Program-made: the position numbers and the translations under genes
Assembly (NCBI GenBank): GCA_016432525.1
Contig: CP066693.1
Span: 785,639-849,638, forward strand
DNA from: Candidatus Woesebacteria bacterium
GTDB taxonomy: Bacteria > Patescibacteriota > Microgenomatia > UBA8517
Length of the DNA: 64,000 bases
Direction: 5' to 3'
Notes under the pieces: generated by a model
What the model saw: the letters and a program-made list of their open reading frames with translations, nothing else
Database searches by the model: none
What the model was told of the DNA's origin: nothing
In this document: piece after piece, positions 56,512 through 64,000 of the stretch
Layout of the letters: each line of letters begins with the position of its first letter
Numbering within the stretch: position 1 is the first letter of the stretch

Positions 56512-57066
56512 TTAATTTCCCAAAAGCTCCTGCCTTTTCCTTTCCCCAGCTTCATCAATCTTTTTAACAAATTCATCAGTGATCTCCTGCAAACGTCTTT
56601 CCAGTTTAAATTTCTGGTCTTCTGTAATTTCTTTTGTCTCAAAACTCTTTTTTATTTGATGCATAGCATCTCCTCGAACCTTGCGAATTGAGATTCTTCC
56701 TTCTTCAAGTTTTTGCATCATAAGCTTTACATATCTTTCCCGATCCTCACCAGTTAAAGCTGGAAGTGAAATTCTAATTATTTCTCCATCAATTGCCGGA
56801 TTAAATCCAACATTTAATGACTCTATTCCTTTTTTGATTTCCCCAATAATAGACTTATCCCAAGGGCTAACAACAATTGTTTGTGGATCTGGTACGGTAA
56901 TTGAAGCAAGCTCCATAATTCTAAGTTTTTGAGTTCCCCCATAAACCATAACTTCCAAGTTTTCAACCAAAGCTGGTGTTGCTCTCCCTGTTCTAATTGT
57001 TGCTATCTCAGAAGTAAGATGCTCCAAAGCTTGGCTCATCGAAGATTTCAATTTATTTTCGTCCAT
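56512..57066 (-). CDS. frr: ribosome recycling factor
   Basis: 184 aa. TIRTGRATPALVENLEV and a coiled-coil arm. Confidence 0.9.
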   Translation of the reverse strand: MDENKLKSSMSQALEHLTSEIATIRTGRATPALVENLEVMVYGGTQKLRIMELASITVPDPQTIVVSPWDKSIIGEIKKGIESLNVGFNPAIDGEIIRISLPALTGEDRERYVKLMMQKLEEGRISIRKVRGDAMHQIKKSFETKEITEDQKFKLERRLQEITDEFVKKIDEAGERKRQELLGN

Positions 57067-57093
57067 TACTCAGTATCCATTAATTATAAATAA

Positions 57094-57567
57094 TTATTTC
57101 CCAATTTCCAATCTGTAAAATTTTCCAATTCTTACATTCTCTCCAGTTTTTGCAATCAGCTCTTTTACTAGGTCTAAAACTGTTTTTGATGGATCTTTTA
57201 TAAATTCCTGTTTTTCAAACTCAGCTACGTTTTTGGGTTCAGAAAAAGCTAGTTGCATTGCAAGATTCTTTCCAAGTTGAATAAAAAGATCATTTCGGGA
57301 AACAAAGTCAGTCTCACATAAAAGCTCAACCATTGTTGCCAGTTTTTGATTATGATGAATATAAGTTGCGACTATTCCTTGAGAAGTTTCTCTCTCAGAT
57401 CTTTTTGCAGCTTTTTCAAACCCTTCTTTTTTCAAAATCTCCAAAGCCTCTGTCTCATTGCCTTCAAGCTCATCTAAAAGTTTTTTAACTCGAATTACAG
57501 GAGCACCAGTTTCCTCTCGAAGTTTATTAATTAATTTAATATCAATTTTTTTTGCTTTTTTTGACAT
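57094..57567 (-). CDS. tsf: elongation factor Ts (short form)
   Basis: KLINKLREETGAPVIRVKKLL (UBA-like EF-Tu binding). The ATG at 57567 still overlaps the rpsB 3' end by 26 nt; the track start at 57591 overlaps by 50 nt. Confidence 0.85.
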   Translation of the reverse strand: MSKKAKKIDIKLINKLREETGAPVIRVKKLLDELEGNETEALEILKKEGFEKAAKRSERETSQGIVATYIHHNQKLATMVELLCETDFVSRNDLFIQLGKNLAMQLAFSEPKNVAEFEKQEFIKDPSKTVLDLVKELIAKTGENVRIGKFYRLEIGK

Positions 57568-58255
57568 TTTTCTTGACTTCTCCCCCCTCAATTATAGCCT
57601 GTTCTACTAAAGATAAAACATAATCTAGTGCCTTGCTGGCGTCATCATTCATTGGAATTGGAAAATCAATCGAGGATGGGTCAGCATTCGAATCAGTTAT
57701 TCCAACAATGGGAACCCCAGTCATGTTTGCTTCCTTTACACAACTAAATTCTTTGTGTGTATCAACGATAAAAATTAAATCGGGTTTTTTGCTTAGAGTT
57801 CTCAAGCCTCCAACAGTTTTTTCAAGTTTTTCAATCTCCCTAGAAATCAAGAGTCTTTCTTTTTTAGTAAGATTGGCATATTCTCCTTTTGCCATTTTCT
57901 CTTTCATGTCGGAAAGCTTTCGGACAGAAGATGCAATCTGGTTAAAATTTGTCAGAGTTCCACCAAGCCATCTTTCAGAAACATAAGGCACATTAAGTTT
58001 TTCTCCCATTTGGGCAATTTTTTCTTTAACCTGTTTTTTAGTTCCAACAAGTAAAATTATTTTCTTTTCCTTTGTTGTCTTGGAAAGCTCAGAAAGAGCA
58101 AGTTGAAGCATCTCACGAGTTTTAATAAGATCAAAAACATGTATCCCTTCACGAACACCAAAAAGATATGGAGCCATTTTTGGGTTCCAACGACGAGATT
58201 GATGCCCAAAATGAGCACCGCTATCTAAAAGTTTTTCTAAATCAATATCAATCAT
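57542..58255 (-). CDS. rpsB: 30S ribosomal protein S2
   Basis: MIDIDLEKLLDSGAHFGHQSRRWNPKM. Lys-rich C-terminal tail. Confidence 0.95.
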   Translation of the reverse strand: MIDIDLEKLLDSGAHFGHQSRRWNPKMAPYLFGVREGIHVFDLIKTREMLQLALSELSKTTKEKKIILLVGTKKQVKEKIAQMGEKLNVPYVSERWLGGTLTNFNQIASSVRKLSDMKEKMAKGEYANLTKKERLLISREIEKLEKTVGGLRTLSKKPDLIFIVDTHKEFSCVKEANMTGVPIVGITDSNADPSSIDFPIPMNDDASKALDYVLSLVEQAIIEGGEVKKNVKKSKKN

Positions 58256-58284
58256 GATTAGTTTTTTCCTTCCTTAATCCTCCA

Positions 58285-58339
58285 TTTATCAGCCGTGCCC
58301 CGTGCGACGGGGAAGTAATCAGGAAGGTTACTGATAAAT
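58285..58339 (-). promoter_or_regulatory. structured 5' leader of rpsB (nested GC-rich hairpins)
   Basis: Outer inverted repeat ATTTATCAG / CTGATAAAT enclosing CCCCGT-gcg-ACGGGG. Lies between the folD stop and the rpsB RBS (AAGGAAGG). Confidence 0.45.
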
Positions 58340-58370
58340 GTGTGTCAAACGAAAACTAGTATACAACTTG

Positions 58371-59177
58371 TTAATCTTTGGAGCAAGCTTTAACCAAATT
58401 TTCCATCAAAGCTACTATTGTAACTGGCCCTACTCCTCCAGGGACCGGTGTTATAAACGAAGCCTTTTTTGATACTCGATCGAAATCAAATTCAGGTTTT
58501 GGGGCCCCACAATCAATCGCAATTACTCCCTCTTTAACCATTTCTGCTTTAATAAGTCCGAGAACTCCAGTTGCACTTACAACCAAATCAGCTTCATGAA
58601 TTTTTGCGTATAAATCACGAGTTCCTTGGTCACATCCAGTAATCTTAAACCCTAATTTTTTAAGCTCTATACAAACACCTTTTCCAACTGTTCCATTCGC
58701 TCCAATAACAGTTGCTTTCTTTCCGACATAGGCAAGAGGTTTTATCGCAAAACTAACGATAGAAGAAACAGCCAAAGAAGTTGCACCCGAAAACAAAGAC
58801 TTGTCTCTAAGTCCATCAATATCTTTTTGTTTTTTAATTGAATTTAAAATTTCATCTTTATGTTTAGAAAGACTTTCCGGTAAAGGAAGTTGCACCATAA
58901 TTCCATGAACACTTTTATTTACATTTAATTTCTTAATAAGTTTAATAATTTTTGTGTGAGGCGTATCTTTTTCAAATTCAACAATATCCATTTCAATACC
59001 AACTTTCTCTGCTGATTTCTTTTTGAGATTTAAATAAATTTTTGAAGCTTTATCATTTCCTACCAGAATAGAAGTAATTCTTGGCTTAATTTTTCTCTTT
59101 TTTAAAAATTTTACACTCTCCGCAAGCAGTTCTTCCCGTTCTTTTGCAAACTTTTTTCCGTCAAAAATATAGCTCAC
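58371..59177 (-). CDS. folD: bifunctional methylenetetrahydrofolate dehydrogenase/cyclohydrolase
   Basis: PGGVGPVTIVALMENLV and the NADP-binding GxSxxxG region. 268 aa. Confidence 0.9.
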   Translation of the reverse strand: MSYIFDGKKFAKEREELLAESVKFLKKRKIKPRITSILVGNDKASKIYLNLKKKSAEKVGIEMDIVEFEKDTPHTKIIKLIKKLNVNKSVHGIMVQLPLPESLSKHKDEILNSIKKQKDIDGLRDKSLFSGATSLAVSSIVSFAIKPLAYVGKKATVIGANGTVGKGVCIELKKLGFKITGCDQGTRDLYAKIHEADLVVSATGVLGLIKAEMVKEGVIAIDCGAPKPEFDFDRVSKKASFITPVPGGVGPVTIVALMENLVKACSKD

Positions 59178-59213
59178 ATGCTTATTTTAACACAGATTGA
59201 AGCTAAAGGAAAT

Positions 59214-59258
59214 AAAAAAGCCCTGAAGGTATATTTTTGTTTTGTTACCCTCAGGGCT
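59214..59258 (-). terminator. intrinsic terminator (minus strand) 37 nt upstream of the folD start
   Basis: Minus-strand AGCCCTGAGGG-(18 nt loop)-CCTTCAGGGCT followed by UUUUUU. Confidence 0.6.
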
Positions 59259-59658
59259 GAAGACATTGATGGCGGCAGGAAAGAGTTACAAGTTGGCTGG
59301 CGGCCCACATGCGCTTCTCAACCACACTTGGTTCTTTCCTGCTTGCTGGCTTCACATCCAATAGCGATTCGCGACTCGCTATACCAGCTTGAATTCATGG
59401 TGTACGTCAAAGCTAGATTACTTCGCAAGAAGTAAATGCTTCCGTCAAGCACCGGGCCAGTAGCCGCCGGGCCAATCTAGCTGAAACACGAGAATCTATC
59501 CCGTGGACGGAGGAAACATCCGGGCAAAGCCTCGAGCGAAGCCCAAGTAGCCATACCACAAGCTCGGTTTTTTGTGGACCGCTCGCTTCCGGCGATAACC
59601 TTCACCGGTAAGGGAGCGATCCACAACCGCGAAAAACATCAAAGTGCAAATTTAAAGT
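59214..59658 (-). ncRNA. unclassified GC-rich structured RNA candidate (about 445 nt) between glyA and folD
   Basis: No ORF of 60 aa or more on the minus strand, and only a spurious 85-aa ORF on the plus strand. Bounded by a TTGACA-17-TATTAT promoter and an intrinsic terminator. Nested inverted repeats are present (TGGACCGCTC...GAGCGATCCA, CAGGAAAGA...TCTTTCCTG, TAGCGA...TCGCTA). GC content is far above the flanks. Confidence 0.4.
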
Positions 59659-59664
59659 ATGAGT

Positions 59665-59693
59665 ATAATATCACACCCAATTTATTCTGTCAA
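59665..59693 (-). promoter_or_regulatory. sigma70 promoter TTGACA-17-TGnTATTAT (minus strand)
   Basis: Minus-strand TTGACA at 59693-59688, 17-nt spacer ending in TG (extended -10), and TATTAT at 59670-59665. Confidence 0.55.
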
Positions 59694-59708
59694 CTCCTAT
59701 AGGTCTTA

Positions 59709-60929
59709 TTAATCTATTGGAAATTCTTCACAAAGTTTCTTCACTTCCATAGCAATCTTCTCTCTATCTTTCCTCTCTGAAACTTCACTAATCCACTTCG
59801 CAATTTTCTTCATTTCCCCCTCTCCCATTCCTCTTGCAGCTAGAGCAGGAGTTCCAAGCCTTATTCCAGATGGATTAAAAGGTGGGTTAGGATCATTAGG
59901 AATTGCATTATAGTTAACAACAACTCCAGCCTCTTCAAGCCTTTCCGCAAATTCCCTCCCTGAAATATTCTTTCTTCGAAGGTCGATCAAAATCAGATGA
60001 TTATCAGTTCCATTTGTTACTAAATCAAATCCATATTTTGTTAATTCTTCAGAAAGCATTTTCGCATTGTTAACTACTTCCTTTGCATAAGTTTTGTAGT
60101 TTTCGCTCTGCGCAAAGCGAAGAGCGATAGCTATTCCCGCAGTAGTATTATCATGAGGCCCCCCTTGAAGTCCCGGAAAAACAGCCCTGTCAATTTTCTT
60201 CCCCATTTCCAGATCTTTCTCAAGTCCTTTGTTAGTTACCATGATAATTGCACCTCTGGGTCCCCTCAAGATTTTGTGAGTTGTTGTCGTAATTACATGG
60301 GCAAATTTAGATGGATCAGGGTGGATTCCTGCAACAACTAGCCCTGAAATATGAGAGATATCAGCCATTAGATACGCTCCAACAGATTCAGAAATTTCAG
60401 AAAACTTCTCAAAATCAATTTGCCTTGGATACGCAGTTAATCCCGCAATAATTAATTTTGGTTTATGCTTTTTTGCCAGTCTTTCAACTTCCGAAAAATC
60501 AATATACCCATTTTTATCTACTCCATACTGAATACTATTAAAATATTTTCCGGAAAAAGTAATTTTCGGGTGCCCATGTGTTAAATGCCCACCAGCATTT
60601 AAACTCATTCCAAGAATTATGTCGCCTGGATCTAAAAGCGCCATATAAACTGCTGCATTTGCTGGCGATCCAGAATAAGGCTGAACGTTTGCATGAGGAG
60701 TTTTAAAAAGTTTTTTAGCACTTTCGATAGCAATCTCTTCAATTTCATCAATATATTTATTGCCTTGATAATAACGCTTATGGGGATATCCCTCAGAATA
60801 CTTATGCATGAGGACAGATCCTACAGTAGCTCTAACTTCAGGATACGCATAATTTTCAGAAGGAATCATCATCAAAGTTTCTTTCTGTCTTTTAGTTTCT
60901 AAACTAATAAGCCTTTTAATTTCATCCAT
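59709..60929 (-). CDS. glyA: serine hydroxymethyltransferase
   Basis: IPSENYAYPEVRATVGSVLMHKYSEGYP and the PLP-Lys region TTTTHKILRGPRG. Start moved to MDEIKRL (60929) to match the family N-terminus; the track start is 60992. Confidence 0.9.
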   Translation of the reverse strand: MDEIKRLISLETKRQKETLMMIPSENYAYPEVRATVGSVLMHKYSEGYPHKRYYQGNKYIDEIEEIAIESAKKLFKTPHANVQPYSGSPANAAVYMALLDPGDIILGMSLNAGGHLTHGHPKITFSGKYFNSIQYGVDKNGYIDFSEVERLAKKHKPKLIIAGLTAYPRQIDFEKFSEISESVGAYLMADISHISGLVVAGIHPDPSKFAHVITTTTHKILRGPRGAIIMVTNKGLEKDLEMGKKIDRAVFPGLQGGPHDNTTAGIAIALRFAQSENYKTYAKEVVNNAKMLSEELTKYGFDLVTNGTDNHLILIDLRRKNISGREFAERLEEAGVVVNYNAIPNDPNPPFNPSGIRLGTPALAARGMGEGEMKKIAKWISEVSERKDREKIAMEVKKLCEEFPID

Positions 60930-61002
60930 AATTTGGATTCTAAACAAAAAAATGCGGGAAAGCAAAAACGCTAAGCGTCTGATCTCCCGCAAAAACCTAC
61001 CC

Positions 61003-61608
61003 CTAACATTTAAACCAATACACGCTTCCGGGCGGCGTTCCAGGAACTATATGGTGCCTTCTACATCTAGCCTCATAGCTTTCAGATCCCCCAACCTGGA
61101 TAAGTTCCGAATCATAAGGCGCAGGTTTATGGTCAATTATTCGCTGAGTCCTACATGCTTCTTCGCCGCATATCGAACAAATAGCATGAAGCTTTGTCAC
61201 GTCTTCTGCAATTGCCATCAAAAGTGGCATAGAGCCAAAAGGTTCTCCACGAAAATCGGTATCAAGACCAGCAAGTATTACTTTAATCTTTCGAACAACC
61301 AAAAGCTTGCATAGAGTTGCTATTGAAGAATCAAAAAATTGAACTTCGTCAATGCCGACTACTTGAGTATTTGGATCCAAACAGTCTATGATCGTAAGCG
61401 CATTGTCTTTTTCGATCGATATCGCATCAAGAGAAATCCCATTGTGAGATTTAACTTGATTTACTGCGTAACGAACATCTATCGATGGCTTAAAAACTTG
61501 AATTTTCCTTCTGGCATGCTGCTCCCTTCTCAAAAGTCTCGCCAACTCTTCTGTTTTACCAGAAAACATACCTCCACAAATCAAATAGACTCGTCCCCAC
61601 CTTTCCAT
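61003..61608 (-). CDS. tdk: thymidine kinase
   Basis: P-loop GGMFSGKTEEL and C-terminal zinc ribbon CSICGEEAC...CRRHH. Confidence 0.9.
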   Translation of the reverse strand: MERWGRVYLICGGMFSGKTEELARLLRREQHARRKIQVFKPSIDVRYAVNQVKSHNGISLDAISIEKDNALTIIDCLDPNTQVVGIDEVQFFDSSIATLCKLLVVRKIKVILAGLDTDFRGEPFGSMPLLMAIAEDVTKLHAICSICGEEACRTQRIIDHKPAPYDSELIQVGGSESYEARCRRHHIVPGTPPGSVYWFKC

Positions 61609-61637
61609 CTTATCCTCACTTTCTTGTTAAACTGCGT

Positions 61638-62288
61638 CTATGTTCCTCTTTCGCGAGTAATAGCCCCCTCATGAAAGATTCTTTCATTAAGCTCCTTTGT
61701 AACATCAAGCATTACATTAGGAAACTCTTGATTAGCGTTAATATAAACCCATCTGCCACCAAGGTTTTCCCGACATAAATTAAGATAAGCCTCACGAACT
61801 TTTTCGTAAAATTCAACCGGCTGCGCATCCATTCTATTAAATTCTCTTTTGTTTTCTCTAATTCTTCTCAAACCTTCTTGAACATCAACATCTAAATAAA
61901 AGGTTAAATCAGGATCAAGTCCTCCTGTTGCAAATCTAGTTAAATGTAATATTTCCTCAATTCCCAATCCTCTTGCCATGCCTTGATAAACAATAGAGCT
62001 ATCATAAAATCGATCTAGCAAAACCGTAACACCTCTCTCAATTGCAGGTCTTATTTTTTTATCAACCAATTCCGATCTTGCAGCTTGATATAAAAGCGCC
62101 TCAGTCCGTAGTGATATGTTTGAATTTTTATGATCATGAAGAATATTTCTAATCTGCTCTCCTATTTCAGTATCCCCAGGCTCTCTAAAAACACAGACCT
62201 CCATTCCATGGGTTTGTATTAACCTTAAAGCACCTTTAATAACACTACTTTTTCCAGATCCTTCTCCCCCTTCAAAACTTATAATCAT
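61638..62288 (-). CDS. tmk: thymidylate (dTMP) kinase
   Basis: P-loop FEGGEGSGKSS, DRF-like motif (LLDRFYDSS), and lid region. Confidence 0.9.
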   Translation of the reverse strand: MIISFEGGEGSGKSSVIKGALRLIQTHGMEVCVFREPGDTEIGEQIRNILHDHKNSNISLRTEALLYQAARSELVDKKIRPAIERGVTVLLDRFYDSSIVYQGMARGLGIEEILHLTRFATGGLDPDLTFYLDVDVQEGLRRIRENKREFNRMDAQPVEFYEKVREAYLNLCRENLGGRWVYINANQEFPNVMLDVTKELNERIFHEGAITRERGT

Positions 62289-62378
62289 CTTTTCTTTTAT
62301 ACTAGATTTTTAGTTAAAAATCATCTAGCATAAACCAAATTCAAGAAAGTTCGCGCATTGACAAAGAAGAGGTGTAAC

Positions 62379-63299
62379 ATGCGCCAATACCTGGATTTAG
62401 TTAAGGACATCCTAGAAAATGGAGTGGAAAAGTCAGATAGAACAGGAGTTGGAACAATATCAGCCTTCGGAAGAATGCTAAGATTCAATCTCCAAAAAGG
62501 ATTTCCACTACTAACAACCAAAAAAGTTTCGTTTAGGCTCATAGCTCACGAACTTCTTTGGCTTATATCTGGATCGACCAACATTAAATATCTGATCGAC
62601 AATAACGTAAACATCTGGAACGAATGGCCACTGAAACATTGGTTGGTAGTAAACGGTCTATGGCAAGATGGAATGATAGGTTCACTTGCTTGGAATAAAT
62701 ACATGCAGGATTTCACCCATAACATAAAGACAAACAACGATTTTGCACAACAATGGGGGGAATTAGGTCCTGTATATGGTAAACAATGGAGATCATGGAT
62801 AGGCCCAAATGGTCAAATCCACGACCAGTTAGATGAAGCAATTCTCTTAATCAAAAATGATCCATCTTCAAGACGGATTCTGGTCAACTCATGGAATCCA
62901 GCTGATTTAAAAGAAATGGTCAAAAGCGGTCTTCCACCATGCCATTACGTATTTCAATTTTATGTTGTTAACAATAATCTCTCATGCCTTATGAACATGA
63001 GATCAGTCGATGTTTTCTTGGGACTTCCCTTCAACATCGCATCATACGCTCTGTTAACAATGATAGTTGCTCAAGTCACGAAAACTATACCTAAAGAGCT
63101 GGTAATAGCAACGGGGGATACACATATCTACAAAAACCATCGAGACCAAGTGAGACTACAACTAACCCGTAATCCCAAAAAACTTCCTAGGGTAATCATA
63201 AATCCAGACGTAAGCAACCTAGATGATTTCGGAATTGCGGATTTTACCTTGGAAAATTATGACCCGCACGAAGCTATTAAAGGAGATATAGCAGTATGA
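62379..63299 (+). CDS. thyA: thymidylate synthase (ThyA type)
   Basis: MRQYLDLVKDILENGVEKSDRTGVGT...RFNL and the catalytic-Cys region LPPCHYVFQFYV. ATG at 62379 is preceded by GAGGTG; the track start at 62358 adds 7 non-conserved residues. Confidence 0.9.
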   Translation: MRQYLDLVKDILENGVEKSDRTGVGTISAFGRMLRFNLQKGFPLLTTKKVSFRLIAHELLWLISGSTNIKYLIDNNVNIWNEWPLKHWLVVNGLWQDGMIGSLAWNKYMQDFTHNIKTNNDFAQQWGELGPVYGKQWRSWIGPNGQIHDQLDEAILLIKNDPSSRRILVNSWNPADLKEMVKSGLPPCHYVFQFYVVNNNLSCLMNMRSVDVFLGLPFNIASYALLTMIVAQVTKTIPKELVIATGDTHIYKNHRDQVRLQLTRNPKKLPRVIINPDVSNLDDFGIADFTLENYDPHEAIKGDIAV

Positions 63300-63796
63300 T
63301 AGTATCACTAATCGCAGCAGTTGCTCAGAACGGAACTATTGGCAATAAAGGCAAAATTCCTTGGGACATAGCAAGTGACCTTCTAAGATTCAGAAGAATC
63401 ACCCTCAATCATCATGTGATTATGGGTAGAAAAACCTTTGAATCTATTGGTAAACCCCTTGCATCCAGGACAAACATTGTAATAACAAGAAATAAAGACT
63501 ATCGTGCCGAAGGGGTTCTTATCGCTCACTCTCTTGAAGAGGCACTTAGAGTTGCCCGAGCAAGAGGGGAAGTAGAAGCTATGGTCATAGGTGGCGCAGA
63601 GATCTATCGATCAGCTCTTCGATTTGCATCGCGAATCTATCTAACAAGACTTGATCGTAAATTTGAAGGTGACGCTTTCTTTCCAGATCTAGACAAAAGT
63701 TGGAAAGAAACCATCACTGACTATCAAAGAGTCACCTTCAAAAGAGGATTAGGCGAAAATCTTGGAATGAGATTCTGTCTACTCGAAAAATCATAA
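63296..63796 (+). CDS. folA: dihydrofolate reductase
   Basis: MIVSLIAAVAQNGTIGNKGKIPWD, RKTFESIGKPL and GGAEIY. Overlaps thyA by 4 nt. Confidence 0.9.
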   Translation: MIVSLIAAVAQNGTIGNKGKIPWDIASDLLRFRRITLNHHVIMGRKTFESIGKPLASRTNIVITRNKDYRAEGVLIAHSLEEALRVARARGEVEAMVIGGAEIYRSALRFASRIYLTRLDRKFEGDAFFPDLDKSWKETITDYQRVTFKRGLGENLGMRFCLLEKS

Positions 63797-63801
63797 ACAA
63801 C

Positions 63802-63844
63802 AACCCGTCATCAAAGTGATTCCAGATGACGGGTTTATTTTTTT
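63802..63844 (+). terminator. intrinsic terminator after folA
   Basis: AACCCGTCAT-(14 nt)-ATGACGGGTT followed by TATTTTTTT. Confidence 0.7.
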
Positions 63845-64000
63845 ACTTCGCGATCCATCCACATCCTTGGAAGCATATTAGAAGGCTTCCAATCTCTTTT
63901 AAGATTTTTCAAATCAATTTCAGTTTGGTATTTTCCAGTTTTTGTATATTCTTTTTCGGTTTCTCCAACATCAAAAAAAGCAATTTGAGCAATTCTTCTT

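Noticed and set aside
59178-59435. 85-aa plus-strand ORF in the glyA-folD spacer
   Set aside because: It lies inside the GC-rich structured region, has no RBS, has odd composition, and runs antisense to the promoter and terminator pair. Most likely a chance ORF in GC-rich sequence.
59509-59525. RNase P RNA assignment for the glyA-folD GC-rich region, based on a CR-I-like GGAGGAAACAUCCGGGC on the plus strand
   Set aside because: The other conserved RNase P regions are missing: no GGUAAGAGCGCACC-type CR-IV and no ACAGAANCCGGCUUA. The motif lies too far 3' for a plus-strand RNase P to fit before glyA. The promoter and terminator are on the opposite strand.
59214-59658. tmRNA (ssrA) assignment for the same region
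   Set aside because: There is no T-arm GGUUCRAnUCC, no acceptor-like 3' end, and no plausible tag reading frame ending in Ala-Ala. The partial CCACGGGAU resemblance to the tmRNA 5' D-analog is insufficient.
60952-61314. 120-aa plus-strand ORF overlapping tdk
   Set aside because: It is antisense to a well-supported thymidine kinase gene and its translation is Arg/Ser-rich shadow sequence.
62358-62378. Longer ThyA N-terminus (MTKKRCN...) from the ORF track
   Set aside because: Family N-termini begin at M(K/R)QYL. The downstream ATG at 62379 has a GAGGTG RBS at the correct spacing.

Overview
This 64 kb window looks like a low-GC, small-genome bacterium of the Patescibacteria/CPR type: the gene content (type IV pilus, DUF2207, Rpf-like and other secreted proteins) fits, and there are few Shine-Dalgarno sites. 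It is densely coding, with about 80 protein genes mostly on the minus strand, and I found no rRNA, tRNA, CRISPR array or obvious transposase. All functional calls rest on motifs I recognise by eye; no database search or RNA folding was run, so each should be checked.

Main blocks, in order:
- A small-molecule/cell-surface block with NUDIX hydrolase, cytidine deaminase (cdd), a nucleotidyltransferase and three glycosyltransferases.
- Housekeeping and miscellaneous genes, including a bacterial type IB topoisomerase, a DEAD-box helicase, and a Fic protein preceded by direct repeats.
- A two-component system with a MacA/MacB-type ABC exporter and a class-A beta-lactamase-like serine hydrolase.
- A type IV pilus locus (PilB, PilC, five pilin-like genes) preceded by a GAF/PAS histidine kinase and three tandem stand-alone receiver-domain genes.
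- A copper-protein trio, and a Cas4-like PD-(D/E)XK nuclease paired with a beta-CASP MBL nuclease.
- A conserved core block: typA, cysS, recR-ybaB-dnaX, ybeY-yqeY, HIT, proS, rseP, frr-tsf-rpsB, and a thymidylate/folate cluster (folD, glyA, tdk, tmk, thyA-folA).

The most unusual signals are non-coding, GC-rich islands in an otherwise AT-rich genome:
- About 445 nt between glyA and folD, with a consensus sigma70 promoter and an intrinsic terminator on the minus strand and nested helices between them. I could not assign it to a known RNA family.
- A strongly promoted leader hairpin plus a GC-rich small ORF at about 49.25-49.77 kb.
- A promoter-driven roughly 200-nt leader or small RNA upstream of yqeY.

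Several start codons were re-placed relative to the ORF track, which reports TTG/GTG as M.
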